From: Opitutales bacterium
GTDB lineage: Bacteria > Verrucomicrobiota > Verrucomicrobiia > Opitutales > UBA2987
Direction: 5' to 3'
NCBI GenBank assembly: GCA_021772515.1
Contig: JAJFLU010000048.1
Coordinates: 73,224-137,223, forward strand
Length of the DNA: 64,000 nt
In this document: positions 16,559 to 26,135 of the stretch, in pieces
Numbering within the stretch: position 1 is the stretch's first letter
Layout: every line of letters starts with the position of its first letter
The notes under the pieces: generated by a model
What the model saw: only the letters and a program-made list of their open reading frames with translations
Databases searched by the model: none
Told to the model about the DNA's origin: nothing
Made by a program: the position numbers and the translations under genes

Positions 16559-18103
16559 ATGAAAAATAGTTTGAGAATTTGGAGAACAGTTTTCCTGCTC
16601 GGTGTAATTTCCACCACGTCGCTTCACGGTGAACTCCGGCTACCGGCGCTCTTTACGGACCATATGGTTTTGCAGCGAGGGGAACCCATCCGCATATGGG
16701 GATGGGCCGAACCGGGTGAGGAAGTCTCGGTAGGAATCGGAGATAACAAGACCGAAGACATTTCCGATGAGCGAGGTTACTGGAGTGCTGTCCTCCCTCC
16801 AATGGAGGCTGGCGGACCCTATGAAATAGAGATCACCGGGGGCAGTGAGGAAATTACTCGAGGCGACGTTTTGGTGGGCGATGTCTGGGTTTGCTCTGGG
16901 CAGTCAAACATGTTTTGGAAATTGAAGCAGTCGGATAATGGAGCCATTGCGATTCGAGACTCGAATATTCCTGAATTGCGTCTGTTTTCTGTTGAGCGAA
17001 ACGCAACCCGCTACCCGGTCAAGGATGTCATAGGGCATTGGAGTCGTTCCAACCCCGAAACATCTCCCGAATTTTCGGCGGTAGCTTTTTATTTCGGGAG
17101 CGAAATTCAAGTCGAACTCGGTGTTCCAATCGGTTTGATTCATAGTTCCTGGGGGGGCACCCGAGTCGAACCATGGACACCGCCAACGGGTTATCCAGAG
17201 GGAGAAGCGCGAGATGGCTTTCTCTCCACGATTGAGGAAGGTGTGGGCGTTTATGAGGAGTCGATGCAGGCATACGGAAACGACCTCTTAAATTGGGAAA
17301 AGGCAAAGACCCAAGCACTATTGGAAGGAAGGCAAACTCCTGACAAACCTCGGGAACCAAGCCTCCGGCGTGTTAGCACTAATCTTTACAACGCCATGAT
17401 AAACCCACTGGTTCCATTTTCGATTCGTGGGGTCATCTGGTATCAAGGAGAGGCAAATCGAAACGATAGGCTTGCCTATACGGAAAAATTTCAGGCGCTC
17501 ATTCGCGGTTGGAGAAACGTCTGGGGGCAGGGGGATTTTCCCTTTTATTTTGTGCAGCTCGCTCCATTCAATCATTCACTAATCCCGCGAGTGAAAACTC
17601 CGAGTCCCCTGACTTTGCCTTTGATTTGGGAGGCTCAGGAAAATGCCCTTATCCTGCCCAATACGGGCATGGCGACCATCACGGATGTCGGAAACTTGAA
17701 TAATATCCATCCCACCAACAAACAGACGGTGGGCCATCGTCTCGGGCAACTTGCATTGGCGAAAACCTATGGCAGGGTTGGTCTGGTTTTCTCCGGCCCG
17801 CATTACCAATCCCATCGCGTGGAAGAGGACCGAGTCCACATCCTCATCGAGAATACCGGTCGTGGATTAATATCAAGAGACGGCAAAGAACTCGATTGGT
17901 TCGAAATTGCGGGCGCAGATCAACAGTTTTACCCGGCTAAGGCAAAGTTCGAGGACAATGAAGTTGTCGTGACAAGCGAAAAAGTCGAAACTCCGGTGGC
18001 GGTGCGGTTCGGATTTCACGAGTCCGCCGAACCCAATCTTTTCAATCGTGAAGGGTTTCCGGCAGTCCCGTTTCGGACTGATAGCTGGGAGGTTCCTCAA
18101 TAA
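16559..18103 (+). CDS. Sialate O-acetylesterase-like (SASA/DUF303 family) carbohydrate esterase, secreted
   Basis: 514 aa. Signal peptide. SGNH-like block GDVWVCSGQSNM and ...GVIWYQGEAN... typical of 9-O-acetylesterases. Confidence 0.8.
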   Translation: MKNSLRIWRTVFLLGVISTTSLHGELRLPALFTDHMVLQRGEPIRIWGWAEPGEEVSVGIGDNKTEDISDERGYWSAVLPPMEAGGPYEIEITGGSEEITRGDVLVGDVWVCSGQSNMFWKLKQSDNGAIAIRDSNIPELRLFSVERNATRYPVKDVIGHWSRSNPETSPEFSAVAFYFGSEIQVELGVPIGLIHSSWGGTRVEPWTPPTGYPEGEARDGFLSTIEEGVGVYEESMQAYGNDLLNWEKAKTQALLEGRQTPDKPREPSLRRVSTNLYNAMINPLVPFSIRGVIWYQGEANRNDRLAYTEKFQALIRGWRNVWGQGDFPFYFVQLAPFNHSLIPRVKTPSPLTLPLIWEAQENALILPNTGMATITDVGNLNNIHPTNKQTVGHRLGQLALAKTYGRVGLVFSGPHYQSHRVEEDRVHILIENTGRGLISRDGKELDWFEIAGADQQFYPAKAKFEDNEVVVTSEKVETPVAVRFGFHESAEPNLFNREGFPAVPFRTDSWEVPQ

Positions 18104-18148
18104 CGAGGATTATACGAAATTACTAAAGGCCGGGCCTTGCTGCTGGCC

Positions 18149-18739
18149 TTAGACTTTTTCTACGATGGCGTCGGCGAGGCCGTATTCGATGGCTTCTTTG
18201 GCGTTCATGTAGAAATCGCGGTCGGTATCCTGGCGGATCTTCTCGAGGGGTTGGCCGGAACTCGCAGCGAGGATGCCATTGAGTTCGTCGCGAAGTTTTT
18301 CCATTTCCTGGGCCTGAATATGGATATCGACGGCGGCGCCCATCATGCGTCCAGTGATGAGAGGTTGGTGGATCAACACCCTGGAGTGTGGGTAGAGGAG
18401 CCGTTTGCCCTTTTCGCCCGCACATAAAAGAACCGATCCCATGCTTGCGGCCATCCCGGTGACGACCACCGTCAGGGGCGAGGTTATCAAATTCATGGTG
18501 TCGTAGAGAGCCATTCCGGCGGTGATGGAACCTCCCGGGGTGTTCATGTAAAAGATGATTTCCTTGCCGGGCTCGATCGCCTCGAGATAGAGAAGTTTAT
18601 CCGTCACTTCGCGGCATGATTCATCACTCACCTCCCCCCACAGAAAAATCTTCCTCTCGTCGAGGAATTTTTTTTGCATGATATTGCGGATGCTGGAGGT
18701 TCCCTCCTTGGAGTCCGATTCGTCTTTAAGCATTTTCAT
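18149..18739 (-). CDS. clpP: ATP-dependent Clp protease proteolytic subunit
   Basis: 196 aa. ERKIFLWGEV...MNTPGGSITAGMALYDTM...TGMAASMGSVLL...VLIHQPL (Ser and His of the triad in canonical contexts). Confidence 0.93.
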   Translation of the reverse strand: MKMLKDESDSKEGTSSIRNIMQKKFLDERKIFLWGEVSDESCREVTDKLLYLEAIEPGKEIIFYMNTPGGSITAGMALYDTMNLITSPLTVVVTGMAASMGSVLLCAGEKGKRLLYPHSRVLIHQPLITGRMMGAAVDIHIQAQEMEKLRDELNGILAASSGQPLEKIRQDTDRDFYMNAKEAIEYGLADAIVEKV

Positions 18740-18980
18740 GGTTGTTTTAATAAAAGTTATGCTGCTGCTCTCTCGCTTATTTTCGCGAAAAGGTAATTAA
18801 CTAGCCGACTCTTCTATCGGCACCAAGCAAAAAGTTTTACTCGTTTCGGGTGAATATATTTCTGGTGCCGCCCTCTTTGGGCTGTTTTTCGCAGCGGGCG
18901 GATACATTTTTCTGGGAAAACCGGGGCAGGAAGAATGTTGACTTGCTGCAAATTGTTTGAGAACCCTCTGCCTTTGCAAA

Positions 18981-19700
18981 ATGAAAAAGAAGCCATCTAA
19001 ACAACGGAAAAACAAGCCCGAGCTTCCCGAAATGGAAAAACCCGATGACGTATTGGGGGATGCCGATTTCGAGGAGAGACTCCTGATATTCTGGAAAAAT
19101 CATGGAAATCGCGTGGTAATCGCGATCATCGTGGTCGTAGCGGGAGTGTTGGCCTACCAGATTTCGGGTTACCTCGCGAAGCGTAACGAGGAGAAAATTC
19201 AGGCAGACTACCAGAAAACCGAAAATACGGCCGACCTGATCGCATTCGGCGCCGAGCATTCCACACACTCATTGGGTGGCTTCGCCTATTTGCAGGCGGC
19301 GCACAAGGAATACGGTGAGAAACAATATGCCGAGGCCGCCGGGCATTATGAGATTGCCGCAGAAAATTTAGGGGACTCACCCTACGCGGGCAGGGCTCGA
19401 TTGGGCTTTGCAATGGCAAGCCTGCAAAGTGAAAAGCTCGAAGTGGGGAGGACCGCGCTAGAATCCATTGCGGGGGACGAAGCCCTCCTTGAGACCACAC
19501 GCGCCGAGGCTGCCTATAATCTGGCGGTTTTCCATTGGGATGCCGGAAATTTCCCGGAAGTGAAAAAGAAACTCGATTTAATCGAAACCCTGGCGAGACC
19601 CGGATTCTGGATTTGGACCAATAAAGTGGACCAACTCCGCGAACTCATTCCCGAACTCCGTGACGAGCCAGAATCCGATACGGAAACAGCGGGACTCTAG
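18981..19700 (+). CDS. Membrane-anchored TPR-like protein (YfgM-like architecture)
   Basis: Lys-rich N-terminus, one TM (VVIAIIVVVAGVLAY), then a helical-repeat region with Ala/Tyr-rich TPR-like pairs. I prefer ATG 18981 (MKKKPSK) over the track start 18957. Confidence 0.6.
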   Translation: MKKKPSKQRKNKPELPEMEKPDDVLGDADFEERLLIFWKNHGNRVVIAIIVVVAGVLAYQISGYLAKRNEEKIQADYQKTENTADLIAFGAEHSTHSLGGFAYLQAAHKEYGEKQYAEAAGHYEIAAENLGDSPYAGRARLGFAMASLQSEKLEVGRTALESIAGDEALLETTRAEAAYNLAVFHWDAGNFPEVKKKLDLIETLARPGFWIWTNKVDQLRELIPELRDEPESDTETAGL

Positions 19701-19780
19701 TCCGCATCCATTTCCGTCGGTTTTGGTGAAGTATCGCCAACCAAATGATCAATGAGGCGGTTGGCGGTTTGGGTGGTGGC
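19697..19780 (-). pseudogene. Orphan 3'-end remnant of exbB (displaced original C-terminal 27 codons + stop)
   Basis: The minus-strand frame reads ATTQTANRLIDHLVGDTSPKPTEMDAD*. It is the same length as the live exbB tail ATTQTANDLIDHLVGEISPGNGNKETS* (21595-21678) and 16/27 identical to it. No upstream coding continuation. Confidence 0.7.
19725..19780. repeat. Left copy of a 56-nt imperfect direct repeat (perfect 21-nt core at 19760-19780)
   Basis: Hand alignment with 21623-21678 gives 47/56 identical. The last 21 nt, GTTGGCGGTTTGGGTGGTGGC, are identical. Confidence 0.85.
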
Positions 19781-19879
19781 ACAAGCCGGTTTTATGCCTT
19801 TCCATATCAAGGATAATCTGTAATATTCGAATCAAACATATTTCAGATTTTGTCCTTTTAATAAGAAGGTTTTTAAGCA

Positions 19880-21337
19880 ATGGAACAAATTGAACTGGAA
19901 AGTCTGCTATCAGAACTTACGAAGCTCGAAGCAGAAACCGAATGGGTCGAGTTTAAGCACAATAATGAAGATCCTCAAGAAATAGGTGAAAATATCTCAG
20001 CAATATCCAATGCCGCTACCCTGCACCGCAAAAAGGAGGGTTATATAGTTTGGGGTATAGAGAACAATACTCATCGCGTCGTTGGAACAAAATTTCAGCC
20101 TCGTCTTTCGCAAAAAGGAAACGAGGAATTAGAAAGTTGGCTTTGCCGTCTACTAAAGCCACGCATAGATTTCCGCATTCACACATTTAAATATGACGGA
20201 CAGGATATAGTTTTGATAATTGTTCCGGCAGCTTTTTATGTACCGATTGCCTTTTCGGGAACAGAGTATATTCGAATTGGTAGCACAAAGCAAAAGCTTA
20301 GGGATTATCCTGAAAAGGAGAAGGCTTTATGGGCGTCATTCCAACGCAAAACTTTTGCTGATGAGTTTGCTGTTCGCGGAGTATCATCTGAGGAAGTCTT
20401 GTCGTTAATTAACTATCCAGAACTTTTTAACCTTCTTGGCCATAAGCTTCCAGATCAAAGGCAAGGCATTCTTAAGCGACTTGCGAGTGAAAAAGTGATA
20501 CATAGGTCTGGGAATGACCGGTATGATATCAGTAACTTAGGAGCGGTCCTCTTTGCCAGTAATTTAGATGAATTCCAGTCGCTTTCGCGGAAGGCTGTTC
20601 GCGTAATCCTTTACCGAGGCTCAGATCGGACACAACCCATCAAGGAACAGGTGGGCTCTAAAGGTTATGCTGTGGGCTTCAAAGGATTGGTAAATTATGT
20701 TAATCTCCTGCTACCTTCCAACGAGAAAATAGATAAAGCCCTGAGGTCTGACGTGCGAGTATATCCTGAAATCGCAATTCGAGAGTTAGTAGCCAATGCG
20801 TTAATTCATCAAGATTTTACAATAACGGGAACGGGGCCAATGGTAGAAATTTTTGTCGATCGCATTGAGATAACCAATCCAGGAAAGCCACTTATTGACA
20901 CCCTGCGATTCATTGATGAACCGCCGATATCGAGAAATGACGTTTTAGCTGCCTTCATGAGGCGAATGAATATTTGTGAAGAGAGAGGAAGTGGAATTGA
21001 TAAGGTTATAAAGTCCATAGAATTATTTCAACTACCTGCGCCCGATTTTCAAGTGACGCAAAATCACACAAAGGCTATCTTGCATGCTCCCAAGCCTTTA
21101 TCTAAAATGAGTGGGCCAGATAAGATTCGCGCGTGCTATCAACATGCTTGCCTTTGCTGGGTTTCAAATACCGATATGACCAATTCCTCGCTCAGGGAAA
21201 GGCTTGGTATATTGGGTAAAAACTATGCTGTCGCATCACGGGTTATTCGTGAGGCTATCCGCGCAAACATGATCAAGCCAGCGGACCCAACTAATAAATC
21301 CAGGAAACATGCAAAATATGTTCCGTTCTGGCTTTAG
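19880..21337 (+). CDS. AlbA_2 (Schlafen-like) + HATPase_c_4 + C-terminal wHTH protein ('RecG-like' putative DNA-binding ATPase/regulator family)
   Basis: 485 aa. N-terminal ETEWVEFKHN...GYIVWGIENNTHRVVG (AlbA_2 pattern). Central IRELVANALIHQDF...IEITNPGKPL...RNDVLAAFMRRMNICEERGSGIDKV (HATPase_c_4 pattern). Confidence 0.75.
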   Translation: MEQIELESLLSELTKLEAETEWVEFKHNNEDPQEIGENISAISNAATLHRKKEGYIVWGIENNTHRVVGTKFQPRLSQKGNEELESWLCRLLKPRIDFRIHTFKYDGQDIVLIIVPAAFYVPIAFSGTEYIRIGSTKQKLRDYPEKEKALWASFQRKTFADEFAVRGVSSEEVLSLINYPELFNLLGHKLPDQRQGILKRLASEKVIHRSGNDRYDISNLGAVLFASNLDEFQSLSRKAVRVILYRGSDRTQPIKEQVGSKGYAVGFKGLVNYVNLLLPSNEKIDKALRSDVRVYPEIAIRELVANALIHQDFTITGTGPMVEIFVDRIEITNPGKPLIDTLRFIDEPPISRNDVLAAFMRRMNICEERGSGIDKVIKSIELFQLPAPDFQVTQNHTKAILHAPKPLSKMSGPDKIRACYQHACLCWVSNTDMTNSSLRERLGILGKNYAVASRVIREAIRANMIKPADPTNKSRKHAKYVPFWL

Positions 21338-21349
21338 AGCTTCAGGAAT

Positions 21350-21468
21350 CTTATGTGATTTGAATTGTATTTCTGATACAAGTAAATTGATGAAGGTTTT
21401 TTAAGTTACTGAATACTATCATATTATGAAATAAATTCTTATGTGACTGTTATGTGACAAAAGTTGAC
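21350..21468. repeat. Short iterated motif TTATGTGA(C/T) x3 in the AT-rich island tail
   Basis: Copies at 21351-21358, 21439-21446 and 21450-21457; the last two are 11 nt apart. A related AAGTTGAC lies at 21461-21468. Confidence 0.5.
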
Positions 21469-21594
21469 AAAAAATATGTTCCAATAATTTGTAACCTACT
21501 TGATAATCAACAGTTTTTGTAATTTTCTGGATCAAATCAAGTAAACCAAGCCAAAAAAACCGAATTCCAAACTAAAGGGGAGAGTAATCAGTAT

Positions 21595-22362
21595 CTAAGA
21601 AGTTTCTTTATTGCCATTACCAGGTGATATTTCGCCGACCAGATGATCGATGAGATCGTTGGCGGTTTGGGTGGTGGCCAGGATTTGGTTTCCGAGGCGA
21701 TTTTTTAGGATGAAATAGGCGATCATGGCGGGGATGCCGATTACGAGGCCGGTCGCGGTGGTAATGAGAGCCTCACCGATATCTCCAGCGAGCAATTCCG
21801 GGCGGCCCATGCCACCGCTCGATATCGTTGAAAATGCCCCGATCATGCCACTGACGGTACCCAAGAGGCCAATCATGGGTGAAACGGTTGCCACCACATT
21901 GAGATAGTTGATCCATTGGCCAACGCTGTTTTCCTCACTTTCCAAGGCTTCCATAAAAGAGAATTCCATTTTTTCACGATTGGCATCCGGCAAATCCGTT
22001 CGCGCCCTGCCGAGGGCAGCTTGCAGGCATCTCGAAAGCACACTTGGACGCTGCAACAGAACTTTACCGGCCTCCCCTATTTTGCGGAATCTGAGCAATT
22101 CGCAGAGTTCATCGATGGCCGGATCGGGCAGAAATTTTCCCCGACTGGTTTCCCTCCATCCGTAAATGATGAGGAAAAACAGGGCTAGCGAACATAGGGC
22201 GAGTGGATACATGGCCCATCCGCCCTGCTCCAGCAAACCCCACAGGCTTTTGCCGTCAGCCTGACCGATAAAATGGGAAAACCCAGATCCTGCGGCCAAA
22301 ATCTTGTTGTCAGAAATTATCGTCAAAAAGGAAATTGTCATGGGAGAGCAAAGTGGGATCAC
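21595..22362 (-). CDS. exbB: MotA/TolQ/ExbB proton-channel family protein
   Basis: 255 aa. ...GGWAMYPLALCSLALFFLIIYGW... and the C-terminal channel block MIGLLGTVSGMIGAF...LITTATGLVIGIPAMIAYF. ATGA overlap with the upstream gene. Confidence 0.85.
   Translation of the reverse strand: MIPLCSPMTISFLTIISDNKILAAGSGFSHFIGQADGKSLWGLLEQGGWAMYPLALCSLALFFLIIYGWRETSRGKFLPDPAIDELCELLRFRKIGEAGKVLLQRPSVLSRCLQAALGRARTDLPDANREKMEFSFMEALESEENSVGQWINYLNVVATVSPMIGLLGTVSGMIGAFSTISSGGMGRPELLAGDIGEALITTATGLVIGIPAMIAYFILKNRLGNQILATTQTANDLIDHLVGEISPGNGNKETS
21623..21678. repeat. Right copy of the 56-nt imperfect direct repeat (inside the live exbB 3' end)
   Basis: See the left copy. Perfect 21-nt core at 21658-21678. 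Confidence 0.85.
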
Positions 22363-23264
22363 TTATTGGGGTTGTCGGTTATCGGATCGGGAGAGCGGTT
22401 GTAAAGGATTCGGTAAGGGGCGAGCAATTCATCCTCTGGCCAATCGAGCCCGCGTGTTTGCATTTCGGTGTAAAGAAGGTGCGCTTTTACCTCATTTTTC
22501 AACTCATGGGAAGCCGCGATTGCCAACGCATAACAGGAATCGAGGTATTTCATGGGTATTTGCCCCGAAAAAACAATGGGATGCAGGCTCGTCCAGAGCG
22601 CCTCCCGATAATTTCCTTTCCCGAAGTCGAGATGGGCCTGAATCCACCAACCGAGAGCCGAGTCACTGTAGAGGTCTCTTTTCCCGATCCAACTCGCCGC
22701 CAAATTTTTCGTCTCTTCACGCAACCCCAAGCTAAAGTGCCCCAGAATTACCGCTTCATCGAGTCGTTCCCGCTGCCTGAAATTTTGTAAATGAGGCAGG
22801 AGATTTCGGGATACCGCGATGGCATTTGCGGGTTTGCCGGCGTCGAGGTAGGCCGAGGGCAAGGCGGTGAACAAAAGTAGGTCCGATTCCGCAACAAAGG
22901 GCAGAAAATTACTCCTTTGTTCATAAATGGCTTCCAGCAAAGGCAGCGCTTCAGTCAAATTATCCTCCCGGATAAGTTCGCCAGCCCGATTGACCAAGAT
23001 GCCGCCGGGGAAAAAGATGGCTCTGATTTCTTCGGGCTGATAAGTAAAAATCGCCTCTCCGTCCTCCGATTTTATTTGGAGTTGAAGGAGGCCGTCTTCG
23101 GTCCTTGAAAGTGACCCTTGAAGGGAGGCGCCAGCTTTTGTGGTCACCGAAACCGGCCCGGAGAGCAGAGTGGCTATGCCCTTTTCATCCTGGCCGAAGA
23201 CAGTGATTTTGAGCAGGCAGAAAGTGAAGACCACCACAAGAAATTTGGAGGGGAATTTAATCAT
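22359..23264 (-). CDS. Hypothetical secreted protein (helical-repeat C-terminal half)
   Basis: 301-aa ORF. Signal peptide MIKFPSKFLVVVFTFCLLKITVFGQ. Translationally coupled on both sides (ATGA overlaps). Confidence 0.6.
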   Translation of the reverse strand: MIKFPSKFLVVVFTFCLLKITVFGQDEKGIATLLSGPVSVTTKAGASLQGSLSRTEDGLLQLQIKSEDGEAIFTYQPEEIRAIFFPGGILVNRAGELIREDNLTEALPLLEAIYEQRSNFLPFVAESDLLLFTALPSAYLDAGKPANAIAVSRNLLPHLQNFRQRERLDEAVILGHFSLGLREETKNLAASWIGKRDLYSDSALGWWIQAHLDFGKGNYREALWTSLHPIVFSGQIPMKYLDSCYALAIAASHELKNEVKAHLLYTEMQTRGLDWPEDELLAPYRILYNRSPDPITDNPNK

Positions 23265-26131
23265 GGCTGCGAGATTTCCATGGTCACTTCAGTTTGCTCC
23301 ATCTTGAGAAGCGATTCGAGGCGCGCAATTTCCGCTCGGGCAAGAGAGCGTTGTTCGGGCTGTCCCAATCCGGGGTTATCGAGAAATTCCTCCAAAGTGT
23401 CACGGGCGGCCCGAAGGTTGTTGATTTCCTCGAATAGCTCCGCGCTTTGCAGGTAAGATTCCGAAACCAAAACAGTGTAAGCCCGGTAAACTGTAAAGAT
23501 GCGCTGGTAGTAGCCGATCGCTTTTTCTGGCTCATTCAATAGCCGATATGAGCGCGCGATTCCCAGAAGAGCTTCGGCATGAAGCCTACCCCTCGCCATT
23601 TTGATTTTAAGGAGGGCCTCGAAACGCGCGATCGCTTCATGGGGTTTTCCCAATTCCGCGAGAACCTTGCCCTGCAGGAGTGTGGCGTCGGCTGCCAAAG
23701 GGTGTGCGGGCAACTCGTCGGCCAATTTCTCCAACCAGGGAAGAGCCTGCTCCGGGCGCTTGTTTTTAAAGCGCTGTTTTGCCAATCCGTAATAACCCAT
23801 TCCCCTTTCGGGCCGTTCTGGAAATCGCTCCACCAGCGCCTCGAAGTAATCTTTCGCCGAGGGAAATTCGAGATCACCGAGGAGAAGACCAGCCCACCCC
23901 AGAAATTCCGCGCCGAGGGAATCGAGGGGCGCATTGCGAATCGTTTCCATCATGAGGGCGTTGGCTTCTTCGAATCGATTTTCTTTTTCATAGAGATCGG
24001 CGAGGTAAAGATTCAATCGCGAATGGTAGGTTATTTTTCCGTCCGTCTGGGTACTCTTTATCTCGTTCGATAACCAGAGGGAGAACGATTCGGCTGGTTT
24101 TTCCGATGCCGGGAAACGCTTGTTATGCAAACGGTGGAGGGATTTCAAAATGAGCTGAATATCGGTTGCCGCAGGATCATTACCGTGTGAAACAAGGGCT
24201 TCCGTGAAGACCGGGAAAGCGCTTTCGATCCGCCCAAGCTGCTCGTAGGCCCAACCGGTCCAATAGAGGGCTTCAGATTTTCTGGAATTGGCAGGCAGGT
24301 CGGTCCGGGTTAGGTAATTTTCAAAATGGGAGGCCATGCGCTCGAATTCTTCCATGGCCCGGTAAATTTTCCCGGTTTGAAATGTCGCGTAGGGAAAAAG
24401 TCTGCCGGCCTCCGGAGTTACCTTGGAAAATGCCACCGCAGCGCCCAGCAATTCGCCCTGACCCATCAAAATATCGCCCCGTAAAACAGAAGCCTCGGCA
24501 ACTCGCCGATGGCCGGGATATTTTTTGAAATACAGGTCTAGATGCTCGAGGGCGGAATCGAACTCCTTTTGCGAATAAAGAGTAGAGGCGAGCCAGTAGA
24601 CCACATCCGGCTGCAACGGGCTGTGTTTCAACGATTTCCCCAAGGCAACCAGCTCATCGACGGCGATTGGATAGTTTTTTTCGAAAAACCAGGAAAGGGC
24701 GTGCCAAAGACGGGCCTCCTCCCCCAACCGGTCAGGCGGGCCACTTTCCAAGCATTGCTGAAAATCTTCTCTCGCCGAGGGATAGCGACTAATGAGTGTG
24801 TAATAAAAACCTCGTGTAAACACCCATCGGGGCAATTGAGGATGCTTTGGATATTGGTCAATCAGGGTTCCCAATAATGTTGCCGCCCGCTCATAATCGC
24901 GAAGTTCCTTGTAGGCTTCAGCAACGAGGAAAATTACCTGCGTGACGAGCGGAGATTCGGGGTGGCGGCGCTGGAAAGATTGGGCGATTTCGAGGGTCTC
25001 GTTCCAGAGGCTCAAAGCCCGCGCGGCCAAAATCCACCGATAGTGGGCCTCGACGCGAAGGGAATTTTCCACCTCGGGGTTTTCAGCGAGGGTTTGAAAA
25101 ACGAGCCAAGCCTCTTCTCCCCGGTCGCCAAGAAGCAGGCTTTGTCCATAACGCAGAAAAAATCCCGAAGTATAGTCCGGCGAGTCTTGCAGAGATTGCA
25201 GATCTTCTTCGAGCTTTTGCGCGAGGTTTGTGTAATACTCCCGCCAAAGTGCTTTGCCCGGTTCCGCGGTAAGGCGGGTGCTATTTCGCAAAGCGGCTCG
25301 GGTATCTCGCAGACGCTCGATCTGCTTTTTAATAAGGACGTTTTTGGGGGGAACCAGACGGTAACATCGAGTGGCTTCGGCATAGCGACTCTCGGCCAGC
25401 AATTGGTCACCGACGCCGTGGGCGGAAAACGCCAACTGTGCCAGTTCCGGCATGGTTTCGACCCTCCAGGGGGTATTGAGCAAAATATCGCGCGACAGGT
25501 CGAGGTGTCCGGCTGCGATAGTTGCCTGCAACGCCCTCAAGCGCGCTTGCCGCCGGACTCCGAGTGGAGTTCCCCCGGCGTAAATTTCGTTGTATAATTG
25601 AATGGACTCATCGACCCGGCCCGTGAATCGAAGCAAATCCGCCCGCCTGAGCGCGGCCAAGGAGGCTTCTGGTCGGCCCTTGTTTTCGGCTTCAAATTGC
25701 TGGTAGGCAACGATCGCCTTATCCGCATCGTCCGTTTGTTCATAGGCTTGGGCGAGATGGAAACGCACGAAATTACGTTTTTCTGCCTCCAGAGGATAAT
25801 TTTCCAGAAATAGCTCGAAAAACGCAGCCGCCTCCCCTGCCCGGTCAACGCGCAGCAAGGAATAGGCACGCATGGGCAGGAGAATTTTTTGCAAGGCGAC
25901 GGCGCGGTATTCCTCCTCCTCGACAAATTGTTCCTCGATGGAGTCGAAAAGCATGGCCGCCGATTCATATTGCCCCGATTGAAAAGCAGCGGAAGCTTTT
26001 TGAAGAAGGGATTGAAGGGTATCCCCCTCCTGGCCATGGACAATCGGTAGAAAAAGGGAACCAATCAGACTGATCGCAATTACGCGAAAAATCGAATTCC
26101 AGCTAACACATCGGGATTGCATGGTTTCCAT
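23261..26131 (-). CDS. Large secreted tetratricopeptide-repeat protein
   Basis: I prefer the start METMQSRC... (ATG at 26129-26131), 4 nt after the MFS stop, followed by a signal peptide (VIAISLIGSLFLPIVHG). TPR-like Ala/Tyr/Leu repeats run throughout. The track ORF extends to 26317 and overlaps the MFS gene. Confidence 0.75.
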   Translation of the reverse strand: METMQSRCVSWNSIFRVIAISLIGSLFLPIVHGQEGDTLQSLLQKASAAFQSGQYESAAMLFDSIEEQFVEEEEYRAVALQKILLPMRAYSLLRVDRAGEAAAFFELFLENYPLEAEKRNFVRFHLAQAYEQTDDADKAIVAYQQFEAENKGRPEASLAALRRADLLRFTGRVDESIQLYNEIYAGGTPLGVRRQARLRALQATIAAGHLDLSRDILLNTPWRVETMPELAQLAFSAHGVGDQLLAESRYAEATRCYRLVPPKNVLIKKQIERLRDTRAALRNSTRLTAEPGKALWREYYTNLAQKLEEDLQSLQDSPDYTSGFFLRYGQSLLLGDRGEEAWLVFQTLAENPEVENSLRVEAHYRWILAARALSLWNETLEIAQSFQRRHPESPLVTQVIFLVAEAYKELRDYERAATLLGTLIDQYPKHPQLPRWVFTRGFYYTLISRYPSAREDFQQCLESGPPDRLGEEARLWHALSWFFEKNYPIAVDELVALGKSLKHSPLQPDVVYWLASTLYSQKEFDSALEHLDLYFKKYPGHRRVAEASVLRGDILMGQGELLGAAVAFSKVTPEAGRLFPYATFQTGKIYRAMEEFERMASHFENYLTRTDLPANSRKSEALYWTGWAYEQLGRIESAFPVFTEALVSHGNDPAATDIQLILKSLHRLHNKRFPASEKPAESFSLWLSNEIKSTQTDGKITYHSRLNLYLADLYEKENRFEEANALMMETIRNAPLDSLGAEFLGWAGLLLGDLEFPSAKDYFEALVERFPERPERGMGYYGLAKQRFKNKRPEQALPWLEKLADELPAHPLAADATLLQGKVLAELGKPHEAIARFEALLKIKMARGRLHAEALLGIARSYRLLNEPEKAIGYYQRIFTVYRAYTVLVSESYLQSAELFEEINNLRAARDTLEEFLDNPGLGQPEQRSLARAEIARLESLLKMEQTEVTMEISQP

Positions 26132-26135
26132 TTTG

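Larger units (their letters stand above)
19760..21678. mobile_element. Putative integrated mini-island (integrase-less) in the 3' end of exbB
   Basis: Bounded by the direct repeats. The interior is visibly AT-richer than both flanks. It carries one gene (AlbA_2-like) and a 257-bp AT-rich tail, and it supplies a replacement 3' end for exbB. Confidence 0.5.

Noticed and set aside
18126-18148. Hairpin AAGGC-CGG-GCCTT in the 45-nt convergent gap between the esterase gene and clpP, as a possible bidirectional terminator
   Set aside because: The stem is only 5 bp with a 3-nt loop and has no flanking T/A runs. This is too weak to call.
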